A stretch of DNA of 51,349 nt from Burkholderiaceae bacterium (GTDB taxonomy: Bacteria > Pseudomonadota > Gammaproteobacteria > Burkholderiales > Burkholderiaceae_C), in the NCBI GenBank assembly GCA_036384855.1, contig DASVLN010000277.1, positions 1-51,349 on the forward strand, read 5' to 3'. Below, piece after piece: positions 15,524-24,842 of the stretch. A program made the position numbers and the translations under genes. How positions within the stretch are numbered: the stretch's first letter is position 1; every line of letters begins with the position of its first letter. The notes below the pieces were generated by a model. The model made no database searches. It was given only the letters and a program-made list of their open reading frames with translations, and was not told where the DNA came from.

Positions 15524-15847
15524 ATGTCGACCTTCGGCGCCCGCCTGAAGCAAGCCCGCCAGCTGGCAGGGCTCTCGCAGCGGCAACTCGGAATCCTGGC
15601 GGGCATCGCTCCAGGCTCGTCCAGCGCACGGATGAACCAGTACGAACGAGACACGCACGAGGCTCCCATGGCGCTCGTTCGCAAGCTCGCGCGCGTGCTC
15701 GACGTGCCGGTGCCGTTCTTCTACGCCGAGAAGGACGAGCATGCGCGGCTGTTGCTCGCCTACTCGAAGCTGCCCGCTGCGCAACGCCGGGCCTTCCTTG
15801 CGAGCGTGAAGCAGGCTGCGCAACAGCTCTCGTCGAGCAAAGCCTGA
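15524..15847 (+). CDS. XRE family HTH regulator
   Basis: FGARLKQARQLAGLSQRQLG...SARMNQYERDTHEAP..LARVLDVPVPFFY. Confidence 0.9.
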   Translation: MSTFGARLKQARQLAGLSQRQLGILAGIAPGSSSARMNQYERDTHEAPMALVRKLARVLDVPVPFFYAEKDEHARLLLAYSKLPAAQRRAFLASVKQAAQQLSSSKA

Positions 15848-15881
15848 CGGCTGGATCGCCGTCGACACGTCGGCATCGGCA

Positions 15882-16508
15882 TCAGGGTGAGCTTGGCGGC
15901 GCCGACGCGGCTGCGTCCTGGCCGACCAGCGCGAGTCGCACGCTGGCCTTGCGCCTCAGGGCGTCGTACTCGGCTTCGCAGGCGAGGCCGCGGAGGTGGG
16001 CCTGGTCAAGAGCTGCCTCGAGCGTTCGCGCGCGGCCGTCCCATTCGTCGAACACGTCGGCTCGCAGATCGACGGGAGCGGAAGCTGCCGCGCTGACGGA
16101 GACAGGTCCGGGATCACCGCCTCCTGCACGACCACCGGCGGCGACGCCGGCGCGGAATGCGTTGCGCATCCGACGATCGACATCGGCAGCAGCGAGAGAG
16201 TCAGCATCGCGCTGACGGAGGGTTTCGAGGCGGGTCGCTTCACGGTCGATCTCCTGGTTGGCTTGGATCCGACGCCCGCTCTCGGCGAGGCGGTCTGCGG
16301 TGGCACTCGCAGCCACGGTGGCGGCGGTGGCGCGGTCGGCGGCTCGGCCGGCCTTCTCGGTCGCAACGGCGGTGCGCAGCGACCCGATGCGGTACTGCTG
16401 GACGCCGAGCAATCCGGCGATCGTGCCCACGACGGCGAGGAGGATCGCGAGCTCGGCCCAGCGCACGGCCGGCACCTGGTTGGCGATCCACGCAAGGATG
16501 GTCTTCAT
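15882..16508 (-). CDS. Rz: i-spanin (Rz, DUF2514-like)
   Basis: N-terminal TM, Ala-rich coiled coil, RGLACEAEYDAL; AAGGAG RBS. Confidence 0.8.
   Translation of the reverse strand: MKTILAWIANQVPAVRWAELAILLAVVGTIAGLLGVQQYRIGSLRTAVATEKAGRAADRATAATVAASATADRLAESGRRIQANQEIDREATRLETLRQRDADSLAAADVDRRMRNAFRAGVAAGGRAGGGDPGPVSVSAAASAPVDLRADVFDEWDGRARTLEAALDQAHLRGLACEAEYDALRRKASVRLALVGQDAAASAPPSSP
15956..16243 (-). CDS. Rz1: o-spanin lipoprotein embedded in Rz
   Basis: GTG 16243 with AGGAG RBS; lipobox SIVGC, Pro-rich mature region, alternative frame inside Rz. Confidence 0.7.
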   Translation of the reverse strand: MKRPASKPSVSAMLTLSLLPMSIVGCATHSAPASPPVVVQEAVIPDLSPSARQLPLPSICEPTCSTNGTAARERSRQLLTRPTSAASPAKPSTTP

Positions 16509-16519
16509 CGAGGTCTCCT

Positions 16520-16834
16520 TCAGAGCTTGGCGCGCACCGGCAGGATCGCGGCGAGCGTCAGGGTGTCGCCCGCCGAGGTCGTGACCGTGCACTGGATGCG
16601 GTAGTCGGTGCCGTCGACGCCGCCGACGACGCGCTGCAGCACACGGGCCGCGTTTCCGCTGTCGATCTGCGGGTCGCCGGACAACACCGAGAGCGGCGAG
16701 GCATCCTCGGCACCGGACTCGACCTCGCACGTGAACGAGGGGGCGGCGATCGTGGCCGTGCCGATTGCCAGCGAGAAGTCGTAGGCGAGAACGACCGACT
16801 CGAGGGTGCCCTTGGTCGGGAATTTCGTGGTCAT
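16520..16834 (-). CDS. Phage fibre-tail adaptor-like protein (104 aa)
   Basis: K...E...YDFS...GGVDGTDYRIQCTVTTSAGDTL pattern; GGAG RBS. Confidence 0.65.
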   Translation of the reverse strand: MTTKFPTKGTLESVVLAYDFSLAIGTATIAAPSFTCEVESGAEDASPLSVLSGDPQIDSGNAARVLQRVVGGVDGTDYRIQCTVTTSAGDTLTLAAILPVRAKL

Positions 16835-17256
16835 GAGGTTGCACTCCGAGAAGTTGTGGCCGCCTGCGCACGCCAGGCGCGCAGAGGGAGGTCGGCGATC
16901 CAGGCGCGGGCCGGCGCGACAACGTCGAACCCAGGCGTCGCAGACAGCGGCGGCCATGCGGTAGCCAGCCACGCTCTCGGCGCGAGCGAGGCGACCCAGA
17001 TCCGAGGCATGGCGTTGGCTCCCCACGCGCGCGGCTGCATGGAGACCGCGATCGGCGGGATCGATCGGACTGCGCCGGCGGCCGCCCAGCCCCGCCGCGG
17101 CACAGTTGCGCGCCATGCACGCAGCGAAGCGACAGCGCGCCAGTCACGGGGACGAGCAGACGCACTGAAACCGGGCGTCTGCGCGAGCGTCTCGCCGGCG
17201 CCGCCCGCGAAGAGGAGGCTGCGCCCGAGAAGCAGCAGGCGGCGGAGAGCGTTCAT
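16831..17256 (-). CDS. Hypothetical protein with 9-aa RxWxA repeats
   Basis: ATGA coupled at both ends; eight RxWxA units. Confidence 0.55.
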   Translation of the reverse strand: MNALRRLLLLGRSLLFAGGAGETLAQTPGFSASARPRDWRAVASLRAWRATVPRRGWAAAGAVRSIPPIAVSMQPRAWGANAMPRIWVASLAPRAWLATAWPPLSATPGFDVVAPARAWIADLPLRAWRAQAATTSRSATS

Positions 17257-17801
17257 GCCTGCACGAGCCCCGAGTCGGTGGGCTGGGTGGTACCGGTGAC
17301 GGCCTTCGGAGGAATGAGATCCGTCGTCGTGCCTCGGGCGTAGGTGTGCAGCAGGCCGGCCTCGTGATCGTAGACCTCGTCGGCCTCGGCCAGCGCGCGG
17401 ATCGCGGCGACATCGTCCGTGATCGATCCTCCGACGTCGACAACGGTCGCGTTGGCCGACTGCACGAGCATGACCTGCACGCCCGGGCTGTAGGCGAGCG
17501 GGTCATCGCCTGGGCCGCCCACGAGGTTGCCGCCCGACACTCGGGCCTGGTACGCGCCGGCGGTGAAGAGGAGCTGCCAGTTGCCCAGCAGCTTCACGGT
17601 GATGCCGACGTAGACGCCCGACCCGAGCGGCACCAAGCCGCTGCCCGACACCAAGGGCCCGTACAGCATCCCCTCGGCGGACTGCTGCGCCTGCTGCGCC
17701 GCGCGATACAGCGCCGTCACGTCGACCGACGTCACGCCGGCGTCGACGGCGATCTGTGACGCCTCGAAGTCGAACGTGAACGGGGCGATGCGGACGGTCA
17801 T
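17253..17801 (-). CDS. Putative virion structural protein (182 aa)
   Basis: Beta-rich, Gly/Thr/Val-rich; in the late operon. Confidence 0.7.
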   Translation of the reverse strand: MTVRIAPFTFDFEASQIAVDAGVTSVDVTALYRAAQQAQQSAEGMLYGPLVSGSGLVPLGSGVYVGITVKLLGNWQLLFTAGAYQARVSGGNLVGGPGDDPLAYSPGVQVMLVQSANATVVDVGGSITDDVAAIRALAEADEVYDHEAGLLHTYARGTTTDLIPPKAVTGTTQPTDSGLVQA

Positions 17802-17804
17802 GGC

Positions 17805-19223
17805 TCAGACGTCCGCAGTGCGCACCGTGTTCACCGATCCGCCAGCCGAGAGCACGTCGAGAGTCGTCTCGAACGGCACGATCGGGGTGCCGCCCGATCC
17901 CTGGCGTACGCGGATGCGCGCGGTGAACTCGGCCGAGTACGTGAAGCTGACCGATTCGCTGGTGCTGGTAGTCGTCTTGTCGATCAGCGGCACGAAGGCG
18001 TTGGCGCCGTTGGCGTGCGCTTCGCCCGTCGTTCCCGAGAGGGTGAAGGTATGGCCCGTCCACGAGGTGTAGGCGTAGCGAACGCCCTCGACGCGGATCA
18101 CGCCCGCGGACGGGTGATCCGCCGTGATGGTCTCGTTGACGGTGATCGTGCCGGAGCCGATCGCGTGCGCGCCGTTGAGGGTGAACTCGGTCGTCAGGAT
18201 CCCGCCCGAGCCGTTGTCGCGCGCCACCAGCACGCCGTCGCCCGAGACGAGGTTGCCGACGGTGATCGTCGTGACGACCGGCGCCGAATGCGTGGTTCCG
18301 TCGTGCGAGGTGAGCTGGTAGTTCTGGCTGTCTGCGGCCTGGACGCCCGAGAGCCACCAGCCCTGCGCGAGGAACAACTTCCCACCGGCGAAGTTGCCGA
18401 ACGGCGCCGCCTTGTTCGGGGCATAGGCCGCGTTGAGGTACTGGTACTGCTCGCCGGCGACGCCGTTGATCGCGCCGGTCTGGCCCTCGCAGGTAATGGC
18501 CTGCAGGTACTGGTAGAGCTGCGCCACCGAGATCGATCCGTCCAGCGCGATCGTGCCCTTGTAAAGCTTCGAACCGGCCCCGTCACCGATGTCGTGGTTC
18601 GAGTCGGCGACAGTGATCGTCACGTGCGACGACAGCGCGAGCGCCGCGGCCTTCGAGAGTGTGATGTTCGCGTCCGCGGACGTCCCGATGGCCGCGATGT
18701 TCTCGCCGCCGGCGGTCAGGTCGACGTTGAAGTAGTCGTAGGTCTGGCCATAGACGCGGGAGAAGGCGGTCACGGTGCCGTCTCCGATCGTGCTGCCGGC
18801 ATTCGTCACGAGTACCATGATCTGAACGTGGCCGTTGGGCCAGAACTTCGTCAGCTTCGTCCCGTTCTGGACGACATAGATGCTCGAACCCGCGACGATC
18901 GAGCCGATGGTCTTCAGGCCGGAGTAGAGCGTCGCCCCGCTGGCCTGCTTGATCGAGCCGAAGTTGATGAACTGCGCCGCCGTTGCGTCGATGTTGAAAG
19001 TCGACAGCAGGTTGAGCCGCGAGGCGATGGCAGCATTGCGCGGGCCGTCCAGCTTCGACGGGTTGACCGACAGAATCGACACGAGGTCGTCGCTGCTGGT
19101 GGCCGCGTTGTCCGCCATGTCCTGAAGCCACGCGTGAAGCGCGAGGACGGAGTAGACCGTCGCGCCGCCGGTGTGCCGGATGTTGCCGCCTGCATCGACG
19201 GAGAAATCGTCTTGGATCGCCAT
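17805..19223 (-). CDS. Putative virion structural/fibre protein (472 aa)
   Basis: GGAG RBS; Gly/Thr/Ser-rich beta protein. Confidence 0.75.
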   Translation of the reverse strand: MAIQDDFSVDAGGNIRHTGGATVYSVLALHAWLQDMADNAATSSDDLVSILSVNPSKLDGPRNAAIASRLNLLSTFNIDATAAQFINFGSIKQASGATLYSGLKTIGSIVAGSSIYVVQNGTKLTKFWPNGHVQIMVLVTNAGSTIGDGTVTAFSRVYGQTYDYFNVDLTAGGENIAAIGTSADANITLSKAAALALSSHVTITVADSNHDIGDGAGSKLYKGTIALDGSISVAQLYQYLQAITCEGQTGAINGVAGEQYQYLNAAYAPNKAAPFGNFAGGKLFLAQGWWLSGVQAADSQNYQLTSHDGTTHSAPVVTTITVGNLVSGDGVLVARDNGSGGILTTEFTLNGAHAIGSGTITVNETITADHPSAGVIRVEGVRYAYTSWTGHTFTLSGTTGEAHANGANAFVPLIDKTTTSTSESVSFTYSAEFTARIRVRQGSGGTPIVPFETTLDVLSAGGSVNTVRTADV

Positions 19224-19238
19224 GTTGGGCTCCGGGGG

Positions 19239-21842
19239 TTACTGGTCGTCGCGCACCTGAAGCGCGGTGATCGAAAGGCCGTTGATCGTCGGCGTGCCTT
19301 GCGCGACGAAGGGCTGGTAGTAGGGCCCCGGCGCAGTAGCGCATCGCAGCTCGATCTGCATCGGAACGTTCAGCCAGTCGCCAGTGACGCTGTAGGTCGA
19401 GGCCGTGACCGCGTCATTGACGAGCACCGCATTCGTGTCGGTGCGCGTGATCTTGATGCGCGACCCAACGACGCAGTTGGTCACGGTCACGGTCACGGGG
19501 TCGAGCGGGTAGCTGACGGCCTGCTGGTTGGCGAGCGTCGTGGTCGTGGCGATCGTCAGGCCGGTGATGGCCGTCGTCGTGCCGGTCGTTGCTGTGAGCC
19601 GGACGGCCAGCTTGATGCCCTTCGACGGCGTGATCGCGACGGCCTGAAGGTTCGTGTTGGTGGCGGCCTGCCAGGCCGACCAACCATTGCCGTCGCCAAT
19701 GTCCGCGCGGAATTCGACCGTGTAGTTGCCGATCGTGCCGCCCGACATCGATATCGACTGCAGTTGCGAGTGCCCCTGTGCCGCGTAGTTCATCGTCCAG
19801 ACTACCTGATCGCCGACAGACGGCATGATGAGGCCGGGGGCGTTCGAGAACTGCGCGGTTCCGCTATAGGAGAGCTGGTCACTCGTCAGGCTCACCACGT
19901 CCGTCATGAGGATCGCAATGGCGCCCACCGTGTCGGACGTGAAGTAGTCGGCCCAATGGATGCCCGACGTGTTGGCCGCCGCACGCGGGGCATTCGTGAC
20001 GCGCACTCCGCGGAACTTAGCGTTCGAGGCCGAGAGGATGGCGGCCACGCCGGGAATCGATCCGCCTTCGATGTTGAACGTCGCCTGCGACACGAGCTGA
20101 GTCACCGACGCCGAGCTGCTGTTGCCGTCCGCGAACCAGCAGTTCTGAACGAAGACCCCGAGGTCGTACGCGTTGTTCAGCGTCGCAATGACGGCACCGC
20201 TCATCGGGTTGACGGTGCCGAGGCTCAACGGCTGCGCAGCCGTCCCGAAGTTGCGCACCTTGAACCCCGAGCTGCCAGACGGCACGACGATCCCGTTGTT
20301 CGACGGCGCGCAGGCGTTGGCCGTGTTGACGATGTACGTCCAGCCGTCGATCGTCGCATTCGTGAATCCGCTACCGCTGTTCCAGAACGCCTGCCCGGAA
20401 AGCACGGTCGCGCCGAGCGTGCCGTTCGACCGCGCGGCGAACCGCGAGTTGGAGAGCTTCGTGTCGGTGAGCGTCAGGGTGTAGATCATCTCGCCGACGA
20501 AGTCATTCGAGTCGGCCGAGGTCATGCTTGAGAGGTTGATCGCCGCGCAACCCGGGTTCGATCCGCTCACTGTGCGCGGCACCATTACCTGGAAGCGGTT
20601 GCGGTCCATGTAGCCGCCGCCGTTCATCGTCAAGTTGCCTGCGTAGACGAACGACGTCTGGATCGCGATCGACGAGAACGTGTTGTCGGAGACGGTTCCC
20701 CCGTTGAACGTCGTCACGACGCACTGCGTCACGTCCGCCTGGGACGTGTCGCGCTGGCCGACGATGTTGTTTTGGAAGGTCGGCGCAGACAGCGGGTTGA
20801 CGATCTGGAATGGGCCGACGATGGTGCTGTCGGTCACGCTGATCGAGGCATAGGGCGCGGCGTTCATGCCCCAGGCGAAATTCGCGAGGTCGAATTGGAG
20901 CGTGCCGGAGTTGCTGGCCGGCATGAAGTAGCGCGTGTTGACCGTGGAACTGGGCGTGCTGTTCGCGCCGAGGCCGACGGTCGTGTTCGTCGTGACGAGG
21001 CACACGTTGGGTACCCGGATGCGGCAGCCGGACGCGGGCAGCACGCCCCCGACGTTGCCTCCGCCGTCCTTCCCGATCGTCAGCACCCCTGCCGACGAGA
21101 TCCAGACGTTGCGCTGCCGTTCGTCGGTCGACCATCCTGCGTTCGTCGAGTCGGCGCCGTTGCCGTAGCGCTGATAGACGCCGGAGCCCGCGCTCGTCTC
21201 GATCCATACGCCGTTGTAGTAGGTGCCGGTCACGCTCGCCGGCAGTTGGATCTGCTGGCCGGCGACACCGCTCGTCTTGATCTCCGCACCCGTCGAGTCG
21301 AACGGCGACAGCCACGCGCCCTGGATGGTGAAACTGCCGAGCTTGCCCATCGAGAAGGCCGACGCTTCCTTCCCTGCGACCTCGATCCAGCCCACGATGT
21401 CGGCGCCGCGCGCCGTGGCCGTGATGCCCGAGAGCGCGCCCGCGGCGAACGAGCCTCCGGTGACGTTCCTCACCTTGATGAAGCCGCTCGCGGGCATGGC
21501 CGAGCCCGCGGTGGTGGGCGTCGTGTTGATCGCGCTCCAGACGCCCAGCAGCTCGGCACTCACGCCGCCTTGCGTGATGCTCGTGCCGGCGGCCGGCACG
21601 TTGCCGCTGCCGCTCGTGTAGGGGATGAGGCGAACCTTGGTGCCGTCGATCTTGACTTGGCCACCGAGCGTGGCTGAGATCGTGATTGGGCCCAGCGGCC
21701 CGGTCGTCGGGCTCAGGTTCGGGCCATAGCGGGTGTCGCAGTCGATCGTGAGCGCACCCCCGTTGACGTTGTACGTGTCGCCGCCTGCCTTCCCGGCCAG
21801 TGCCGTCAAATTCGTGGGCGTCGCGATGGAAAACGTCGTCAT
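19239..21842 (-). CDS. Large putative fibre/spike protein, probable beta-helix (867 aa)
   Basis: Thr/Ser/Gly/Asn-rich with short repeating beta strands (FQNNIVG, VSDNTFSS, MDRNRF). Confidence 0.75.
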   Translation of the reverse strand: MTTFSIATPTNLTALAGKAGGDTYNVNGGALTIDCDTRYGPNLSPTTGPLGPITISATLGGQVKIDGTKVRLIPYTSGSGNVPAAGTSITQGGVSAELLGVWSAINTTPTTAGSAMPASGFIKVRNVTGGSFAAGALSGITATARGADIVGWIEVAGKEASAFSMGKLGSFTIQGAWLSPFDSTGAEIKTSGVAGQQIQLPASVTGTYYNGVWIETSAGSGVYQRYGNGADSTNAGWSTDERQRNVWISSAGVLTIGKDGGGNVGGVLPASGCRIRVPNVCLVTTNTTVGLGANSTPSSTVNTRYFMPASNSGTLQFDLANFAWGMNAAPYASISVTDSTIVGPFQIVNPLSAPTFQNNIVGQRDTSQADVTQCVVTTFNGGTVSDNTFSSIAIQTSFVYAGNLTMNGGGYMDRNRFQVMVPRTVSGSNPGCAAINLSSMTSADSNDFVGEMIYTLTLTDTKLSNSRFAARSNGTLGATVLSGQAFWNSGSGFTNATIDGWTYIVNTANACAPSNNGIVVPSGSSGFKVRNFGTAAQPLSLGTVNPMSGAVIATLNNAYDLGVFVQNCWFADGNSSSASVTQLVSQATFNIEGGSIPGVAAILSASNAKFRGVRVTNAPRAAANTSGIHWADYFTSDTVGAIAILMTDVVSLTSDQLSYSGTAQFSNAPGLIMPSVGDQVVWTMNYAAQGHSQLQSISMSGGTIGNYTVEFRADIGDGNGWSAWQAATNTNLQAVAITPSKGIKLAVRLTATTGTTTAITGLTIATTTTLANQQAVSYPLDPVTVTVTNCVVGSRIKITRTDTNAVLVNDAVTASTYSVTGDWLNVPMQIELRCATAPGPYYQPFVAQGTPTINGLSITALQVRDDQ

Positions 21843-21846
21843 CGAC

Positions 21847-22332
21847 TCAGCTCGTCAAGCCCTGCAGGCAGACGCCGCGCTCGAGCTGGCGGCGCTTGGT
21901 GAGGCCCGGCAGCGCGACGCTCACGCCAGCCACGGTGGCGCGATCCCAGCGAGGGAGCTGCTCGCAGGCGCCGCGCCATTGGCGGGCGGCGAGCAGCCGC
22001 GCCGCGGTGCTCTTGCGGACGTCACAGGCGATCGTCGGGCCGAGGTTGAAAACGGCGTCACCGAAGGCTGCTGCGACGCTGTCGGGCGCCCCAGGCGCGC
22101 AGCGCAGCACCGTGTCGACGGCCTGGCCGGCGTCGGCCTGCAGGAGCTGGTAGCACTCGCCGTCGGAGTAGTAGCGGCCCGCGGTCACGTTGCCGGTGTG
22201 GCCGTCGCAGACCGTGAGGACGCCGGGCGGGTCGTAGTAGGCGTAGTGCCGGATGCCCTCGGCGGGCGCGGCCAGCGCGCAGACGGCGGCCACGATCGCC
22301 GAGCGCCGGCGCAAGTTGTCAGCGACTGCCAT
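21847..22332 (-). CDS. Endolysin, GH24 lysozyme (likely SAR type)
   Basis: E-X8-D-X5-T triad (EGIRHYAYYDPPGVLT), FNLG, LPGLTKRR..E; Ala-rich hydrophobic N-terminus. Confidence 0.92.
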   Translation of the reverse strand: MAVADNLRRRSAIVAAVCALAAPAEGIRHYAYYDPPGVLTVCDGHTGNVTAGRYYSDGECYQLLQADAGQAVDTVLRCAPGAPDSVAAAFGDAVFNLGPTIACDVRKSTAARLLAARQWRGACEQLPRWDRATVAGVSVALPGLTKRRQLERGVCLQGLTS

Positions 22333-22546
22333 CGGCGTCTCCCTGCAGTTTCGGCTGCGCCACCAGGCGCGCGCCGGCGGCGGCCAACGACACGGCGGCC
22401 GTCAACGCGGCGAAAGCCGGCGAGGAGTGCGCGGGAGCGATGTACGGCAGCGCCGCATCGGCGGCGCCGAGCAGCGCCGCGAGGATGGCCAGCCTCACAG
22501 ACCAAAGCCTGTGCCACGTCTTGCCAGCGTCGTCGATCAGCTTCAT
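22319..22546 (-). CDS. Holin (putative)
   Basis: 75 aa, two TMs, MKLIDD..W.RLWSVRL; directly upstream of the endolysin. Confidence 0.7.
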   Translation of the reverse strand: MKLIDDAGKTWHRLWSVRLAILAALLGAADAALPYIAPAHSSPAFAALTAAVSLAAAGARLVAQPKLQGDADGSR

Positions 22547-22561
22547 GGTGGTCTCCAACGG

Positions 22562-23008
22562 TCAGTGAGAACGGGGCGGATTGCCGCCACGGAACGTGAT
22601 GTAGGCCACCTTGACGGCCGTCGCCGCGCCAGCCAGCACGGAGACCGCGCGCACGACCGGGCCCAGCCAGAGCCACATGCGCGCGAAGAAGGCGGAGACC
22701 TTCGCCAGGCCGCGGAAGAAGCTCTGGGCGGTCTCGACGATCTCGTGGATGTGCCCGATCATCGGCAGCGCCTGGGCCACCGATGCGGCGGTCTTCGCTG
22801 TCTCGGCCGTATTCGCCGCCAGCGACGCCTCCATGCCGTCCATCCGCACACGGCCGTGCTCCAGCCGCTGCAGCACGAGCTCGCGCCATTCGTCCTCGGA
22901 GAGGCCTTTGATCTCGACGCGCGAAAGCTCGTGGATCGCGCCGACCGACGACATCTCGCCGCGGCTCGGAGTCTCGTCTTCGTCTCGGTCTTGCAGGGGA
23001 TCGGTCAC
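22562..23008 (-). CDS. Membrane protein of the lysis cassette
   Basis: GTG with AAGGA RBS; coiled coil LAANTAET then a C-terminal hydrophobic segment. Confidence 0.6.
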   Translation of the reverse strand: MTDPLQDRDEDETPSRGEMSSVGAIHELSRVEIKGLSEDEWRELVLQRLEHGRVRMDGMEASLAANTAETAKTAASVAQALPMIGHIHEIVETAQSFFRGLAKVSAFFARMWLWLGPVVRAVSVLAGAATAVKVAYITFRGGNPPRSH

Positions 23009-23030
23009 CAGGTGTCCTTGGAGATGTGCC

Positions 23031-24839
23031 TCAGCTGGTCGGCCAGAGGTCGGAGTTCGTGACGTAGCCAGCCGGGCTGTGGCGGGCGATACCCTTGGTG
23101 ATGCGAATGCGGCCGATGAGTCCATCGAACGCACACTGCCCAGAGTTCGCGGTGTCGTTGCCGATGTCGACGGCGCCTTGCACCGTCCAATGGTGCGAAT
23201 CGGCACGCGACGCGACCATCGCACCGTTCACGAACAGCATCAGCGTCCCGCCCGCGCGCTGCAGACACATGCGGTACAGCGTCCCGATCGAGGTCGCGAA
23301 CGGGAAGATCGGGAATTCGGGGCCGCCCGCGATCGCCAGGTTTCCCGGCGAGAGGTCGTGGTGGTCGACGATGTTCGCACCGTAGGTCGAGCCATCCAGG
23401 TACGTCGTCAACATCGTCGGATACGCGCTGCTCTTGGCGCGCGCTTTGTAGTCGAGCTCGATGGTGAAGTCGCCCGCTCCGAAGTCGAGCTCAGTGCCGA
23501 AGGCCGTGATGCCAAGGTACCCGCGGTCTGGACTGACATCGATCGCGCCGTGCGGAAAATCAGGATCCGTCGTGTTGACGAGAGGCGTTCCGCTGCCCGT
23601 ACCGGCATACGTCAGTACCGTGTGCCCGGCGGCATCGGTGAGCGTGTCGCCGTTCATCAACAAGCCAACTGCACTGAAGTACGGGTCGACCTCATGACCT
23701 GGCGCCCCGGCCAACGGCAGCGAGACGGGGTAGTTGTCGGTGTAGAGGCACGCGCTCGCGAGTCGAACTTCGTCGAGCTCGAAGGTCGTCGCGTTCGTAC
23801 CGGGCGCGTTGAGGCCGCCCACGGTGATGACCGCGCCCGCGTGGGTGTAGTCGTTGTTGTCGATGACCGTGGTTGCGCTGACCTGGCCGTTGAGGAACGC
23901 GCGCACCACGCCGTGCGCATCGCGAGTGATCGCGACGTCGTTCCAGGCGTTCGCGACGACCTCGAGGTCAGGGAAAGGCGCGCGCGTGTCGGTCGCGCCG
24001 TAGACACCCTGGTACCACTGGAGTTCTCCTCCGTCGAACAGCACGATCATCATCCGATCGCCGTTTACGCCGCCAGCCGCCGAGCTGAACAGGAGGTGCT
24101 TCGCACCGAGGTCGGTCGGCTTCCACGAGAACTCGATGGTGAAAGGGCCGGCCATGCTGAAGCCGGCGGGCCACGAGGTGGAGATGCCGTTCGAGCTCGA
24201 GAACCGCCCCGAGGTCGCACCTGCACGGGGGTCGGCGACCAACGTGACGCCAGTGTCCGCCGGCGTGAAGGTCAGGCCACGGATGCCGCTGTCCGTGAAG
24301 GTCTGCGACCCGGCAGTGCCTTCGAAGTGCAGCAGGAACACAGTCGAGTCGTCCGGCGCCGCGGCGACGGAGATGATGGCGGCCTTGGTCACGCTGCGCA
24401 CGGCACCGTTGAGAGTCACGGTCATCGTCACCGAGTATGTGCCCTGCCCGCCGTAGGTGTGCGTCGGGCTGGCGTCGGTGCTCGTGTGGCCGTCGCCGAA
24501 GTCCCAGAGGTGCGTGTCGGCGCGGCCGCGCGTCGAGGTGTCCGTGAACGACACGGTCAGCGGGGCTGTGCCGCTGGTCGGCGCGGCGACGAAATCGGGA
24601 CGCAGGATCAGCGCATAGATCGCCGACAGGAATTGGGTGACGTCCGTCGGATCGAACGTCATGCCCGCGCTCTCGATCGTGCTCTTGATCTCCTCGAGCA
24701 TGTCCTCGAACCACTCGCCGCCAATGTGCGTCGGGTGCTGTCCGGTCGCAAGGTCGCCCGCGCGCGGGTATCCGATCGAGCGCGTGGTGACCGGCTCCCA
24801 GGCTTGCGACGACGCGTCCGACTTCCAGAGCGGGTCCAT
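23031..24839 (-). CDS. Fibre protein: anchor domain + PKD + two LamG/ConA-like domains
   Basis: PKD (PTSGTAPLTVSFTD..WDFGDG..PTHTY); LamG motifs FTIE, FLNGQ, LDEVR, FDGLIGRIRITKG. Confidence 0.85.
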   Translation of the reverse strand: MDPLWKSDASSQAWEPVTTRSIGYPRAGDLATGQHPTHIGGEWFEDMLEEIKSTIESAGMTFDPTDVTQFLSAIYALILRPDFVAAPTSGTAPLTVSFTDTSTRGRADTHLWDFGDGHTSTDASPTHTYGGQGTYSVTMTVTLNGAVRSVTKAAIISVAAAPDDSTVFLLHFEGTAGSQTFTDSGIRGLTFTPADTGVTLVADPRAGATSGRFSSSNGISTSWPAGFSMAGPFTIEFSWKPTDLGAKHLLFSSAAGGVNGDRMMIVLFDGGELQWYQGVYGATDTRAPFPDLEVVANAWNDVAITRDAHGVVRAFLNGQVSATTVIDNNDYTHAGAVITVGGLNAPGTNATTFELDEVRLASACLYTDNYPVSLPLAGAPGHEVDPYFSAVGLLMNGDTLTDAAGHTVLTYAGTGSGTPLVNTTDPDFPHGAIDVSPDRGYLGITAFGTELDFGAGDFTIELDYKARAKSSAYPTMLTTYLDGSTYGANIVDHHDLSPGNLAIAGGPEFPIFPFATSIGTLYRMCLQRAGGTLMLFVNGAMVASRADSHHWTVQGAVDIGNDTANSGQCAFDGLIGRIRITKGIARHSPAGYVTNSDLWPTS

Positions 24840-24842
24840 GTC

